36,187 nucleotides of DNA from a virus (taxonomy: Duplodnaviria; Caudoviricetes). Location of the stretch: positions 1 through 36,187 of IMG/VR virus record IMGVR_UViG_3300036975_000041; one strand, 5' to 3'. Below the pieces are notes generated by a model. It worked only from the letters and a program-made list of their open reading frames with translations, did not search any database and was not told where the DNA came from. This document shows positions 18,497-26,660 of the stretch, piece by piece (position 1 is the first letter of the stretch; each line of letters opens with the position of its first letter). A program made the translations under genes and the position numbers.

Positions 18497-18883
18497 ATGA
18501 AAACAACAAACGAAATAAGAAGCAAAGTAATGAAAGCAGCCTGGACAATTTACCGTAAATACAAAGTACAAAGTATGGCTAATTGGTCAAAAGCTTTGAA
18601 AAAAGCATGGAAATGGGCAAAAGAAAACTTATATAAATTATTTAATGTTTGGACTCCAAACAATGAAATGTTCAGATTCTATATAGGTAAAAATTATATA
18701 CAGGTTAATATAAAAGAAAGAAACCCTTACGGATATTATGAAAATCATAGATATTGCAAAGGTGAACGCTTCGAAACTGGATTTTATAAATTAGTAGGTA
18801 TTTCAAAAGAAGATTTTAATAACATATATGGAGACGCTATTTTCAACTACTTACATGTTGACTTAGTACCTTCAAAATTTTAA
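18497..18883 (+). CDS. Early hypothetical protein with Trp/Lys-rich N-terminal helical domain
   Basis: RSKVMKAAW...WSKALKKAWKWAK, a recurrent phage early-gene N-terminus; first gene after the promoter. Confidence 0.6.
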   Translation: MKTTNEIRSKVMKAAWTIYRKYKVQSMANWSKALKKAWKWAKENLYKLFNVWTPNNEMFRFYIGKNYIQVNIKERNPYGYYENHRYCKGERFETGFYKLVGISKEDFNNIYGDAIFNYLHVDLVPSKF

Positions 18884-18941
18884 AAAAAAGAGTAAGCCGA
18901 AAATCTTAAAAAGAGTAGGCCAAAGTGACAAATTAATAATT

Positions 18942-19454
18942 ATGGAAAATTTAACAAGATTTTTAGAAGAAAACAAAACTGCATTAGCAATGGATTTTGG
19001 AGCCATGAGTATAATAACTCACTATAAAGGCATTCATCAAATTCCAATGTTTGATTATGAATTTTCAGGTATATTGTACTGCCAAAAAGTTCATTTCGAA
19101 GGGCTTTTATCATTGGGGGTTAAAATAGACTTCTCTGATATAAGGGTTGGATTTCAAAATAACCAAAATTCTTGCGGAGGTTCTGGAAACACTAATGCAG
19201 TAAGGGTTCAGTTTAATTTTGAAACGTATAAAAGAATTGAGAAATTTTTTAGAAAAGAAGGAAGTTTAAATATGTTAAATAATCATCATTTAATGAAATT
19301 AGGATTTCCGTTTACTAAAAGATGCCATTTTTCTCAAGAGTCTATTCTTTCAGAAAGTCAATATTTACGGATTAAAAAAATAAGAAGAATGTTTTACGAA
19401 AAAACGTTAAGCGATAGATCAAGAAATTGTTATTATGTACAAAAAAATTTATAA
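18942..19454 (+). CDS. Hypothetical protein
   Basis: 170 aa ORF with ATG after an AT-rich leader. Confidence 0.6.
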   Translation: MENLTRFLEENKTALAMDFGAMSIITHYKGIHQIPMFDYEFSGILYCQKVHFEGLLSLGVKIDFSDIRVGFQNNQNSCGGSGNTNAVRVQFNFETYKRIEKFFRKEGSLNMLNNHHLMKLGFPFTKRCHFSQESILSESQYLRIKKIRRMFYEKTLSDRSRNCYYVQKNL

Positions 19455-19456
19455 AT

Positions 19457-19693
19457 ATGAAACAAAAAATAGAACATATCCGCAAACAAGTGGGTATTTT
19501 AATCCAACAAGTGATTAAAGAAAAAGGGCTTACTAGAACAAAAGTTGCTGAGCTGGCAGGAATAACCAGGGAGCAATTAGCATGGGTATGCAGGGGTGAA
19601 AAAGACTATACAATTACTACATTCATAAAAATATTAATTGTATTAGAACTTAGCGAGTTATTTATAATCAATATAAATAAACACTTTTATTGA
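19457..19693 (+). CDS. XRE-family HTH transcriptional regulator
   Basis: KEKGLTRTKVAELAGITREQLAWVCRGEKDYTITTFIKILIVL; ATG 19457 preferred over TTG 19427. Confidence 0.8.
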   Translation: MKQKIEHIRKQVGILIQQVIKEKGLTRTKVAELAGITREQLAWVCRGEKDYTITTFIKILIVLELSELFIININKHFY

Positions 19694-19709
19694 AAATAAT
19701 TTATATTAT

Positions 19710-19770
19710 ATTGCTTATACGTTAGAAATAGTTCGTATATTTGAACTATAAAACAATTAAAAATTAGCAA
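19710..19770 (+). promoter_or_regulatory. Early promoter/operator copy 2
   Basis: 45-bp exact repeat (19726-19770) of 18450-18494, including TATATTTG and the inverted repeat. Confidence 0.8.
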
Positions 19771-19771
19771 T

Positions 19772-20101
19772 ATGGAATTAGAAAAATTAATAAATCAATT
19801 AGGCATTGAACTTATAGAAATAGATGTCACAAAATACATCGAAGATACTTTCTTTGTAGTAGATTTTAAAAACTATCCAAACGGTTCATTTAAATTTGAA
19901 TTAAAAGATAGTCTTAATCCAGCTGTCCCTCAAAATATAATTAATTATGAAGGAACTGGAATCTTAAACAACGGCTCTATTAATTTGCTCAATATAGAGT
20001 TTTACCACGACTTTACGTATAAAACACTTGATACAGTTGCACCTACTAAAATGGTGTATAATATCGAAAGAATTGAAAATTTAATACTTAGCTGGATATG
20101 A
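19772..20101 (+). CDS. Hypothetical protein
   Basis: 109 aa ORF directly after promoter copy 2. Confidence 0.6.
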   Translation: MELEKLINQLGIELIEIDVTKYIEDTFFVVDFKNYPNGSFKFELKDSLNPAVPQNIINYEGTGILNNGSINLLNIEFYHDFTYKTLDTVAPTKMVYNIERIENLILSWI

Positions 20102-20235
20102 AAGAACTATTAAAAAAAGCAATAAAAAGAAATCAAGAAACAAACGAGCGCCTTTCTTTAGCCTTACACAAGCAAAAAGAGTTTGAAGCTGAAAAAGAAG
20201 AAAACAAAATTAATTGGATAATCGAAAATCATTAA
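20098..20235 (+). CDS. Small hypothetical protein (45 aa)
   Basis: ATGA overlap with the upstream stop; MKELLKKAIKRNQETNERL...; below the ORF-track cutoff. Confidence 0.5.
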   Translation: MKELLKKAIKRNQETNERLSLALHKQKEFEAEKEENKINWIIENH

Positions 20236-20240
20236 TAATT

Positions 20241-21050
20241 ATGAAAACAATTTATTTACAAGACGAAAATTTTGAATGGAAAAAATTTGAATATGAAAAT
20301 ATTTCAGATTTGTCTAGTGAATTTGAAAAAAGTAATATAAAACTTGGTAACTGGTGCAAACTTGGTGACGAGTGCGAACTCGGTAACTCTGCCGAAATCG
20401 GATACTTTGCCGAAATCGGGGACTTTGCCAAAATCGGGGACTCTGCCAAAATCGGATACTTTGCCGAAATCGGGGACTCTGCCAAAATCGGGGACTCTGC
20501 CAAAATCGGGGACTCTGCCAAAATCGGGGACTCTGCCAAAATCGGATACTCTGCCGAAATCGGGGACTCTGCCGAAATCGGTAACTCTGCCAAAATCGGT
20601 AACTCTGCCAAAATCGGATACTTTGCCAAAATCGGATACTCTGCCGAAATCGGGGACTCTGCCGAAATCGGTAACTCTGCCGAAATCGGATACTTTGCCA
20701 AAATCGGATACTTTGCCGAAATCGGGGACTCTGCCGAAATCGGATACTTTGCCGAAATCGGGGACTCTGCCAAAATCGGGGACTCTGCCAAAATCGGATA
20801 CTTTGCCGAAATCGGGGACGAAATTAAAATAATAAGAGGGCTATTTATTTTAGGATCAAAACATCAGTTAACATATACAGGCAATAGCACTATTTCAATA
20901 GGATGCCACAATATGACTATAAAAGAATGGTTAAAAAATGGCTTAGAAATAGCAAAAAAAGAAGGATATTCAGAAAATGAAATTACTGAATATAAAATGT
21001 ATATTAATTTAATTAAACGATTTAAAAAGTTACATTATGAAACAAGATAA
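20241..21050 (+). CDS. Hexapeptide-repeat (left-handed beta-helix) protein
   Basis: 24 units of A(E/K)IG(D/Y/N)(S/F) plus 3 degenerate units; C-terminal 'ISIGCH...EW' domain; ATG 20241 preferred. Confidence 0.85.
   Translation: MKTIYLQDENFEWKKFEYENISDLSSEFEKSNIKLGNWCKLGDECELGNSAEIGYFAEIGDFAKIGDSAKIGYFAEIGDSAKIGDSAKIGDSAKIGDSAKIGYSAEIGDSAEIGNSAKIGNSAKIGYFAKIGYSAEIGDSAEIGNSAEIGYFAKIGYFAEIGDSAEIGYFAEIGDSAKIGDSAKIGYFAEIGDEIKIIRGLFILGSKHQLTYTGNSTISIGCHNMTIKEWLKNGLEIAKKEGYSENEITEYKMYINLIKRFKKLHYETR
20391..20822 (+). repeat. Tandem array of 24 x 18-bp units
   Basis: Consensus GCC(G/A)AAATCGG(GG/AT/TA)ACT(C/T)T, counted directly. Confidence 0.97.
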
Positions 21051-21069
21051 AAAAGTCTAAACAAAAGCT

Positions 21070-21228
21070 ATGGAATACGAAGAAATAGTAAGAATATCAA
21101 AGCAAAACATTGCTAAAACAGAAAAGATGATTGAAGAAGCTGAAAAATTCTATCAGGAAAAACAGGATAGAATATTTGAAAAAAAAGTAATTGAAAATAC
21201 AGAAAATTTTTGGACATATGAAGATTAA
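21070..21228 (+). CDS. Small hypothetical protein (52 aa)
   Basis: MEYEEIVRISKQNIAKTEKMIEEAEK...; fills the intergenic gap. Confidence 0.5.
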   Translation: MEYEEIVRISKQNIAKTEKMIEEAEKFYQEKQDRIFEKKVIENTENFWTYED

Positions 21229-21288
21229 ATTAACAAGCACATCATTAAGATCTATATTAACGGCTATTGAACTAAAAAAGGAATCAGG

Positions 21289-21561
21289 ATGGAAAGTAAT
21301 AAAGAAAATAAAAAAAATACTGTGGTGGTATCAAGTAACAATGAAGAAATGAAAGAGGTTATTTCATGTCATATTAATAAGATTCTTAATGAAACTGATC
21401 ATAATCCAAAGGATATTTGGGAGTCTTCAGGAATTGAGAAAACCTCTTATTACAACGTATTAAAAGGTATAGCTTCAGTTGACACAATGCTGAAAGTAGT
21501 AAAAGTCTTAGATTCAAGGCTGTACGAACATATTAAGAATTTAATCATTAAATCAAAGTAA
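21289..21561 (+). CDS. Putative XRE-like HTH protein
   Basis: PKDIWESSGIEKTSYYNVLKG.ASVDTMLKVVKVL. Confidence 0.6.
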   Translation: MESNKENKKNTVVVSSNNEEMKEVISCHINKILNETDHNPKDIWESSGIEKTSYYNVLKGIASVDTMLKVVKVLDSRLYEHIKNLIIKSK

Positions 21562-21562
21562 T

Positions 21563-21856
21563 ATGAAATGTAAAATTTGTGGTCGTGAAACGAGAAAAGA
21601 CAGGCCGGTATGTATTGGATGTTATTCTCTGAGGGAGGTTGTCAAAAAAAAGGACAAAGCCCCTAAAAGTAAAGTAGAAAAAGCTACTAATCATTTATTA
21701 AAAAATCCAGGTTTAACGATAATTAGCTGGATAATACCTCCGGTACACCTTCAAAAATCGAAAAATGGAGGTTATAAATTAAAAGATGGAAGACATAGGG
21801 TTTGTGCATATAAATTGCTAGGGATAAAGTCAATTAAGGCAAAAAAAGCGTTTTAA
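21563..21856 (+). CDS. Zn-finger protein with ParB/sulfiredoxin-like motif
   Basis: CxxC-X10-CxxC N-terminus; PPVHL...YKLKDGRHRVCAYKLLG. Confidence 0.6.
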   Translation: MKCKICGRETRKDRPVCIGCYSLREVVKKKDKAPKSKVEKATNHLLKNPGLTIISWIIPPVHLQKSKNGGYKLKDGRHRVCAYKLLGIKSIKAKKAF

Positions 21857-21924
21857 TGATTTTTTTTGAATGTTATATTAAAAATACGTTAGAAAATAAT
21901 TATTAATTTTGAAAAAAAATAACT

Positions 21925-22299
21925 ATGGAAAAAGTAAAGATTAAATTCTCTGTAGATACAGGTAAAAAAGCCAAAAATGGCAATCCAATAATCAACATTG
22001 AACTTGAAGATGGCCGTAAAGGTGCAGCTTTTGATAGCTCATTTTTAGGCTTGCCATTAGGGCAAGAGGTTGAAATTGAATTAAAACCTGCACCAGATTA
22101 TGAAGGTGAAAAAAGATTTTGGTTTTCAATACCAGGGCAAAAAAAAGCAGGTGGGTTTAAAAAAGATTGGAATCTTGAAAAGAAAAGGATTAGTCTGGAA
22201 TGCGCTGTATCTGCAATAAACAAAACAGATAAGCAATTTTCATCTGATAATATTATAGAACTGGCTAAAAAGTTTTATTCATACTTAAATGAAAAATAA
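21925..22299 (+). CDS. Hypothetical protein, possibly ssDNA-binding (OB-like N-terminus, helical C-terminus)
   Basis: Beta-rich N-half; KRISLECAV...IIELAKKFYSYL C-half; near the exonuclease gene. Confidence 0.45.
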   Translation: MEKVKIKFSVDTGKKAKNGNPIINIELEDGRKGAAFDSSFLGLPLGQEVEIELKPAPDYEGEKRFWFSIPGQKKAGGFKKDWNLEKKRISLECAVSAINKTDKQFSSDNIIELAKKFYSYLNEK

Positions 22300-22517
22300 T
22301 GGATAATAAAATAGATCAATGTATAAAGATTGCAAATAAAATAGAAGATGATATTGCATCTCTGCATTATGAGCTTGAATATGAACAAATTGTCAATATA
22401 GCAATAATAGTTGTTAAGGCAGTTATTAAGGAAATACCTATGTATACAGGTTTGCTTAACCCTAAGTGGGAAAAATATGACTATGTATTAACGTTGCTTA
22501 AAAATAGACTATCATGA
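22299..22517 (+). CDS. Hypothetical protein
   Basis: 72 aa, coupled on both sides. Confidence 0.6.
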   Translation: MDNKIDQCIKIANKIEDDIASLHYELEYEQIVNIAIIVVKAVIKEIPMYTGLLNPKWEKYDYVLTLLKNRLS

Positions 22518-23269
22518 AAATATTCATTGATGAAGATGCAAATCAACTCAACATATTAGACGAAAGATATTACCAGAGCCGAAAAAACAAAGATGTATAT
22601 TATCCAGGTGTAACCACAATTCTAGATGCCTATTACAAAGGCTATGGCTATTCAGAATGGCTAAAACAAGTAGGCTATAACGCTGATGAAATAGTAAAAA
22701 AAGCAGCCGAACAGGGCAGTAATGTACATGAAATGATTGAAAACTATCTAAAAGGATTTGAAATCAATTGGGAATTTGAAGGAAAACAACTTTACACCCT
22801 TAACGAGTGGAAAATGTTTTGCAAGTTTATTGAATTTTTCGAGACTTACAAGCTAGAAATATTAGCGATTGAATTTGTTTTTTGTAATGAAGATTTAGGT
22901 TTTGGGGGGTGTATTGATTTGATTTGTAGGATTAATGACCAAATATGGCTAATTGACCACAAGACTTCAAATTATATCCACAAAACACACGAACTCCAAA
23001 TATCTGCTTACCGAACAGCTTGGAATGCATTAAACCTACAATATGAGATTCAAAGAAGTGGTATATTATGGCTAAACGCTGCAACACGTGGAGCAGATAA
23101 ACAAGGCAAGAAAATACAAGGAAAAGGCTGGCAGTTAAAAGAATTTGGTAGGAACTTTCAAGAAGCTTTTAGATTATTTGAACACACACAAGCTATTTGG
23201 ATAGAGGAGCATCCAAATTATAAACCTAAGAATCAAATTTATCCGGCAAGTTTTAAATTAAATAAATAA
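22514..23269 (+). CDS. PD-(D/E)xK superfamily exonuclease
   Basis: YPGVTTIL, GSNVH, GCIDL, IDHKTS and QISAY motifs. Confidence 0.85.
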   Translation: MKIFIDEDANQLNILDERYYQSRKNKDVYYPGVTTILDAYYKGYGYSEWLKQVGYNADEIVKKAAEQGSNVHEMIENYLKGFEINWEFEGKQLYTLNEWKMFCKFIEFFETYKLEILAIEFVFCNEDLGFGGCIDLICRINDQIWLIDHKTSNYIHKTHELQISAYRTAWNALNLQYEIQRSGILWLNAATRGADKQGKKIQGKGWQLKEFGRNFQEAFRLFEHTQAIWIEEHPNYKPKNQIYPASFKLNK

Positions 23270-23337
23270 CATATCTAATTATTTATTTTAATGTTAGATT
23301 AGGGATATAAAGCGAAGCTATACAAATAATCAAAAAA

Positions 23338-23508
23338 ATGAGATACCTAATAACAACAAACGAAAAGCACCAACCATTTTTAACAAAGTGGTTTGATCCG
23401 GAAAATCATTTTAATCCCGATATTGGGATGATAGTTTATGACCTGGTAGAAGAAAAATTCACAACTGACGGGGTTAACTGGAATGATATTTTAATTGACC
23501 ATTTATGA
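23338..23508 (+). CDS. Small hypothetical protein (56 aa)
   Basis: MRYLITTNEKHQPFLTKWFDPENHFNPDIGMIVYDL...; ATGA overlap with the next gene. Confidence 0.6.
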   Translation: MRYLITTNEKHQPFLTKWFDPENHFNPDIGMIVYDLVEEKFTTDGVNWNDILIDHL

Positions 23509-23738
23509 AACAATTTTTCACAAAAGAAAACTTAATCCTATCCATTCTAAAATACATGGATAAAAAAGAATCAAAAGAGGCTGTTTTAAGTAATATTGAC
23601 GAAATGTTTAAGTATTACCATGTAAAAAAGAAAAAAGTTGCTAAAATCGGACTTAAAGAGGCATTGTATCAATTTTTAGATAATAAAAAAGGAATGGATT
23701 TTTTACTAAATCAATTAAAGAGTAGTTTATGCAAGTAA
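23505..23738 (+). CDS. Hypothetical protein
   Basis: 77 aa ORF in the operon. Confidence 0.55.
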   Translation: MKQFFTKENLILSILKYMDKKESKEAVLSNIDEMFKYYHVKKKKVAKIGLKEALYQFLDNKKGMDFLLNQLKSSLCK

Positions 23739-23844
23739 AAGGCTAAAAATCCACCAAATGCAAAAACGATTATTTTAAAACTATGAAGAAATTTAGGATT
23801 ATAATATTAGGCATGTTAGCACATTTTACGCCGTCTATACAATT

Positions 23845-24105
23845 ATGATTGCCCTAGGTGTAGGATTAAGGGACAAACTTACAAAAACTGACTTAGAAGG
23901 CAAAAAAAGTAAGTTTATTTTGCTTTTCATCTACGGATATCTGATGTACTCAAAAAGCAAATTCCGAAAAACAAAGGACGATAAACTTCTTAGCATTGCC
24001 AACGATTTCGAGTTACTTTCTAGTGAGTTTGACATTGATTTTGATAAGGAGACAGTAACTAATTTAAGCGAAATAAATAAAGATATAAAAGGATTATTAA
24101 AATGA
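23845..24105 (+). CDS. Hypothetical protein
   Basis: 86 aa; ATGA coupling downstream. Confidence 0.5.
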   Translation: MIALGVGLRDKLTKTDLEGKKSKFILLFIYGYLMYSKSKFRKTKDDKLLSIANDFELLSSEFDIDFDKETVTNLSEINKDIKGLLK

Positions 24106-24299
24106 TAGGACAAGAAGCATATGCAGATAAAGTTTTTTATTGCATTTCTGATATTTTGGTAGAAATAAAAAAACTCAAAGGTTACGAAAAAAAGAAACGA
24201 GACAAGTTAATTGATATAATTATAACTGACTATTCAGTTAGTGCAGGTTTAAAACCGGAAATAATTAAATGTATAATTTATTCAAAATGGAGACAATAG
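24102..24299 (+). CDS. Hypothetical protein
   Basis: 65 aa coupled ORF. Confidence 0.5.
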   Translation: MIGQEAYADKVFYCISDILVEIKKLKGYEKKKRDKLIDIIITDYSVSAGLKPEIIKCIIYSKWRQ

Positions 24300-24748
24300 A
24301 GATATATTACGCAACAAGTAAGCATGACCAATTACCGGTAAATCAAAAGGTAATTAAAAACGGATTAGTCAGTATTCCCGGCAAGAAACCTCTTAAAGTA
24401 CCTTATAAAACGTTTTTATATTGGTGGTCAAATGGCATGATTAAGAAGGAAAAGCAAAAGACAAAGCTTTCTCTTGATAAAATTCATGATATTGTTTGCC
24501 AGTTAGAAGGATTAAAAAGCAATGCGGTAAAATCAACTATACGTAAAAGAAGTCTTGTAAAAGCAAGACAAATAGTTTATTACATTGCAAAGGAAAATAA
24601 GCTAGGAAGCTTTCAGGACATTGGGAATTTTTACGGGCAGGATCATGCAACTGTAATTCATGCTTGGAAAACAATAAAAAACGAAATAGATGTTTATCCC
24701 TGGATGAAAGCAAAAATTGAAGAAATATCTAACTTATTAAGCGTATGA
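24287..24748 (+). CDS. Protein with DnaA C-terminal (domain IV)-like HTH
   Basis: RKRSLVKARQIVYYIAKE...SFQDIGNFYGQDHATVIHAWKTI; ATG 24287 preferred. Confidence 0.8.
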   Translation: METIEIYYATSKHDQLPVNQKVIKNGLVSIPGKKPLKVPYKTFLYWWSNGMIKKEKQKTKLSLDKIHDIVCQLEGLKSNAVKSTIRKRSLVKARQIVYYIAKENKLGSFQDIGNFYGQDHATVIHAWKTIKNEIDVYPWMKAKIEEISNLLSV

Positions 24749-24990
24749 AAACAAAAAATGTAAAAGACATAAAAATAGGTGATAAAGTTCTATTGCCTGA
24801 AACTGGATTTGAATATGTTGTTACCTATATAACTGACGCAAGCATATTAATAAATAGGGCTGATAAAAAATATTGGATACCAAAATCATTAATTGTAATA
24901 TTTGATTCGCTGTTAAGTACCTCTGGTTATAGGCTTTTTAAATTTAAAAATCTTCCTGAATGGTTTATAGCTAAAAATGAAATAGAATGA
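24745..24990 (+). CDS. Hypothetical protein (SH3-like beta barrel)
   Basis: DIKIGDKV...WIPKS motif; ATGA coupling. Confidence 0.55.
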   Translation: MKTKNVKDIKIGDKVLLPETGFEYVVTYITDASILINRADKKYWIPKSLIVIFDSLLSTSGYRLFKFKNLPEWFIAKNEIE

Positions 24991-25088
24991 CAATAGTATT
25001 TATAATAACAGCTATTTTAGCCTTAATAGGCATGTTTGGGCTTGCCTATCTGGATAAGATAATCCGAAAGTTAAAAAAGAAAAATTAA
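24987..25088 (+). CDS. Single-TM micropeptide (33 aa)
   Basis: MTIVFIITAILALIGMFGLAYLDKIIRKLKKKN; ATGA overlap. Confidence 0.5.
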   Translation: MTIVFIITAILALIGMFGLAYLDKIIRKLKKKN

Positions 25089-25166
25089 TACAGTATGAAG
25101 AAATTACTAACAAAAATTAAAGCTAAGATATATTATTTCTGGCTTTACAACGAAAAGCCTTTTTAA

Positions 25167-25325
25167 ATGAAACAATCAACCGAACTACGTAAGCAGATAA
25201 CAGAAGTTGAAAAACTCCTGGCTGAAGAAAAGAACTTCCTCAAAAGAGAGGTTCTAAGGTATGAAAAAAGAGTATTAGAAATGAAACTTAATAAATGTTT
25301 AAATGCACGAAAAGAACTTATTTAA
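25167..25325 (+). CDS. Small coiled-coil protein (52 aa)
   Basis: MKQSTELRKQITEVEKLLAEEKNFLKREVLRYEK... Confidence 0.5.
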   Translation: MKQSTELRKQITEVEKLLAEEKNFLKREVLRYEKRVLEMKLNKCLNARKELI

Positions 25326-25401
25326 CAAAATAATCCCTGCAATACTTATTATTTTAATGGTAGTTGCTTTGGTAGGATTTGTAATTGGAATATTAATTTA
25401 A
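25303..25401 (+). CDS. Single-TM micropeptide (32 aa)
   Basis: MHEKNLFNKIIPAILIILMVVALVGFVIGILI. Confidence 0.45.
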   Translation: MHEKNLFNKIIPAILIILMVVALVGFVIGILI

Positions 25402-25405
25402 TGCT

Positions 25406-25837
25406 ATGAAAAAATATAAATTAAAAACCAAAAGAGGGCAGACAGTATTCAGGATTGAAATAAATCTACGTTCTGACCAATACAATAAGACTTCGTTAAA
25501 TCCGGACGGGATATATATAACTGAGTTAAAAATAGTCCATCAGACAGAAAGAAAAATTGCATTATCTGATACATGGATAACAACATTGGACAGACAAGGA
25601 ATTAATGAAAAAAAAGATAAATATTGGCACTATTTAGAGGATATTAATATATCAATTAAAACAATGGAAACATACTTTGCAAATGGGATATTTGCAACTT
25701 GTTATACTCTAAAAAATCCTAAAAAAATAATTGAAAAAATGAAGCATGAAATTCATTTAAAAGTAAATCGAGAATATGGATTTTTATTTGATGGATTGGC
25801 CAATAAAATAGATAGTTTAAAAGTTTTTGAAAAATAA
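25406..25837 (+). CDS. Hypothetical protein
   Basis: 143 aa ORF. Confidence 0.6.
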   Translation: MKKYKLKTKRGQTVFRIEINLRSDQYNKTSLNPDGIYITELKIVHQTERKIALSDTWITTLDRQGINEKKDKYWHYLEDINISIKTMETYFANGIFATCYTLKNPKKIIEKMKHEIHLKVNREYGFLFDGLANKIDSLKVFEK

Positions 25838-25852
25838 TTAGTATATTTGTAG

Positions 25853-25940
25853 TGATTAGTGAGGTAATCAAAAAGACATTGGGACAAACCCACAGAAGCC
25901 ATTTTGAGAGTGCCTCACCACTTGATAAATGGCTTTTTTA
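25853..25940 (+). ncRNA. Candidate structured leader/small RNA with complementary (kissing) loops
   Basis: TATATTTG at 25842-49; hairpin TGATTA-GTGAGG-TAATCA; hairpin AAGCCATTT..GAGTG-CCTCAC-CACTT..AAATGGCTT plus T tract. Confidence 0.55.
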
Positions 25941-25949
25941 TTTTATACT

Positions 25950-26660
25950 ATGGCTAAACGATTTATAGATACTGGATTATTTGATGACCCCTGGTTTATG
26001 GATTTATCTAAAGACGGGAAAATACTTTGGATTTATTTGATAACCAAATGTGACCATGCTGGCATTATAGATATTAATGAAAAACTTTGCAAATTTCAAA
26101 CCGGAATACAAAAACTTGAAACAGTTATTAAAGAGTTAGGATACCGTTTACAAACAGTTAACGAACACTTTATTTTTATTCCAAAATTTTTTAAATATCA
26201 ATATCCAAACTTTCCAGATAAGCGATTTAGAGCGGCGGAGAGTGCATTCAATAGACTACAAGAATTAGGAATAGACGAAGAAAAATTAAAGACTTACCTA
26301 ACACTTAGTAAAGACTTACCTAAGTCTTATAGTATAAGTAATAGTAAAGGTAATAGTAAAGGTAATGGTAGCGGAAATCATTTTTTTAAAAATTCTCCTT
26401 ATTTTGATTTTGAATACCTGAAGAAATCAATTGATGAAAAATATCATAAATATGATTTATCCTATTACTATGATTCTGCTGTAAACTATTCAGAAAGCAA
26501 GGGCGCAATGTATAAAGATTGGCTGGCTGCCATTAGGAATTGGATAAACAAGGACGAAAAAGAGGGTAAGGCTAAATACATTAAGCAAAAAAAATACACT
26601 GATGAAGAAATAATAAACGGCTTAGCCCCTCAACCAAAAAAGATTTTCAGGAATGAATGA
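25950..26660 (+). CDS. Phage replication initiator (replisome organiser-like)
   Basis: MAKRFIDTGLFDDPWFMDLS..K.LW.YL.T.CDHAGI N-terminal wHTH-type domain, low-complexity linker, KDWLAAIRNW C-terminal motif; upstream of the primase-helicase. Confidence 0.75.
   Translation: MAKRFIDTGLFDDPWFMDLSKDGKILWIYLITKCDHAGIIDINEKLCKFQTGIQKLETVIKELGYRLQTVNEHFIFIPKFFKYQYPNFPDKRFRAAESAFNRLQELGIDEEKLKTYLTLSKDLPKSYSISNSKGNSKGNGSGNHFFKNSPYFDFEYLKKSIDEKYHKYDLSYYYDSAVNYSESKGAMYKDWLAAIRNWINKDEKEGKAKYIKQKKYTDEEIINGLAPQPKKIFRNE
26119..26370 (+). repeat. Candidate origin iterons within the initiator gene
   Basis: AAACAGTTA-like units at 11-bp spacing (26119, 26130, 26141, 26152); TAAAGACTTACCTAA x2 (26287, 26309); TAATAGTAAAGG x2 (26339, 26351). 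Confidence 0.5.

Noticed and set aside
20391-20822. Possible CRISPR array
   Set aside because: Contiguous 18-bp coding units with no unique spacers and no cas genes.
20252-20832. Alternative-frame and antisense ORFs (20344..20832 +, 20252..20791 -)
   Set aside because: Open only because the repeat unit lacks stops; they begin and end with the array.
22514-23269. Cas4 assignment for the nuclease
   Set aside because: Lacks the four-Cys Fe-S arrangement and any CRISPR context; fits a generic phage PD-(D/E)xK exonuclease.
23263-23320. Possible degenerate att-like site after the exonuclease stop (AAATAAC...TTTTAATG...)
   Set aside because: Only a weak ATCTAA/TTAGAT stem and no properly spaced GTT box; plausible by chance in AT-rich DNA. 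Worth retesting with a covariance model.
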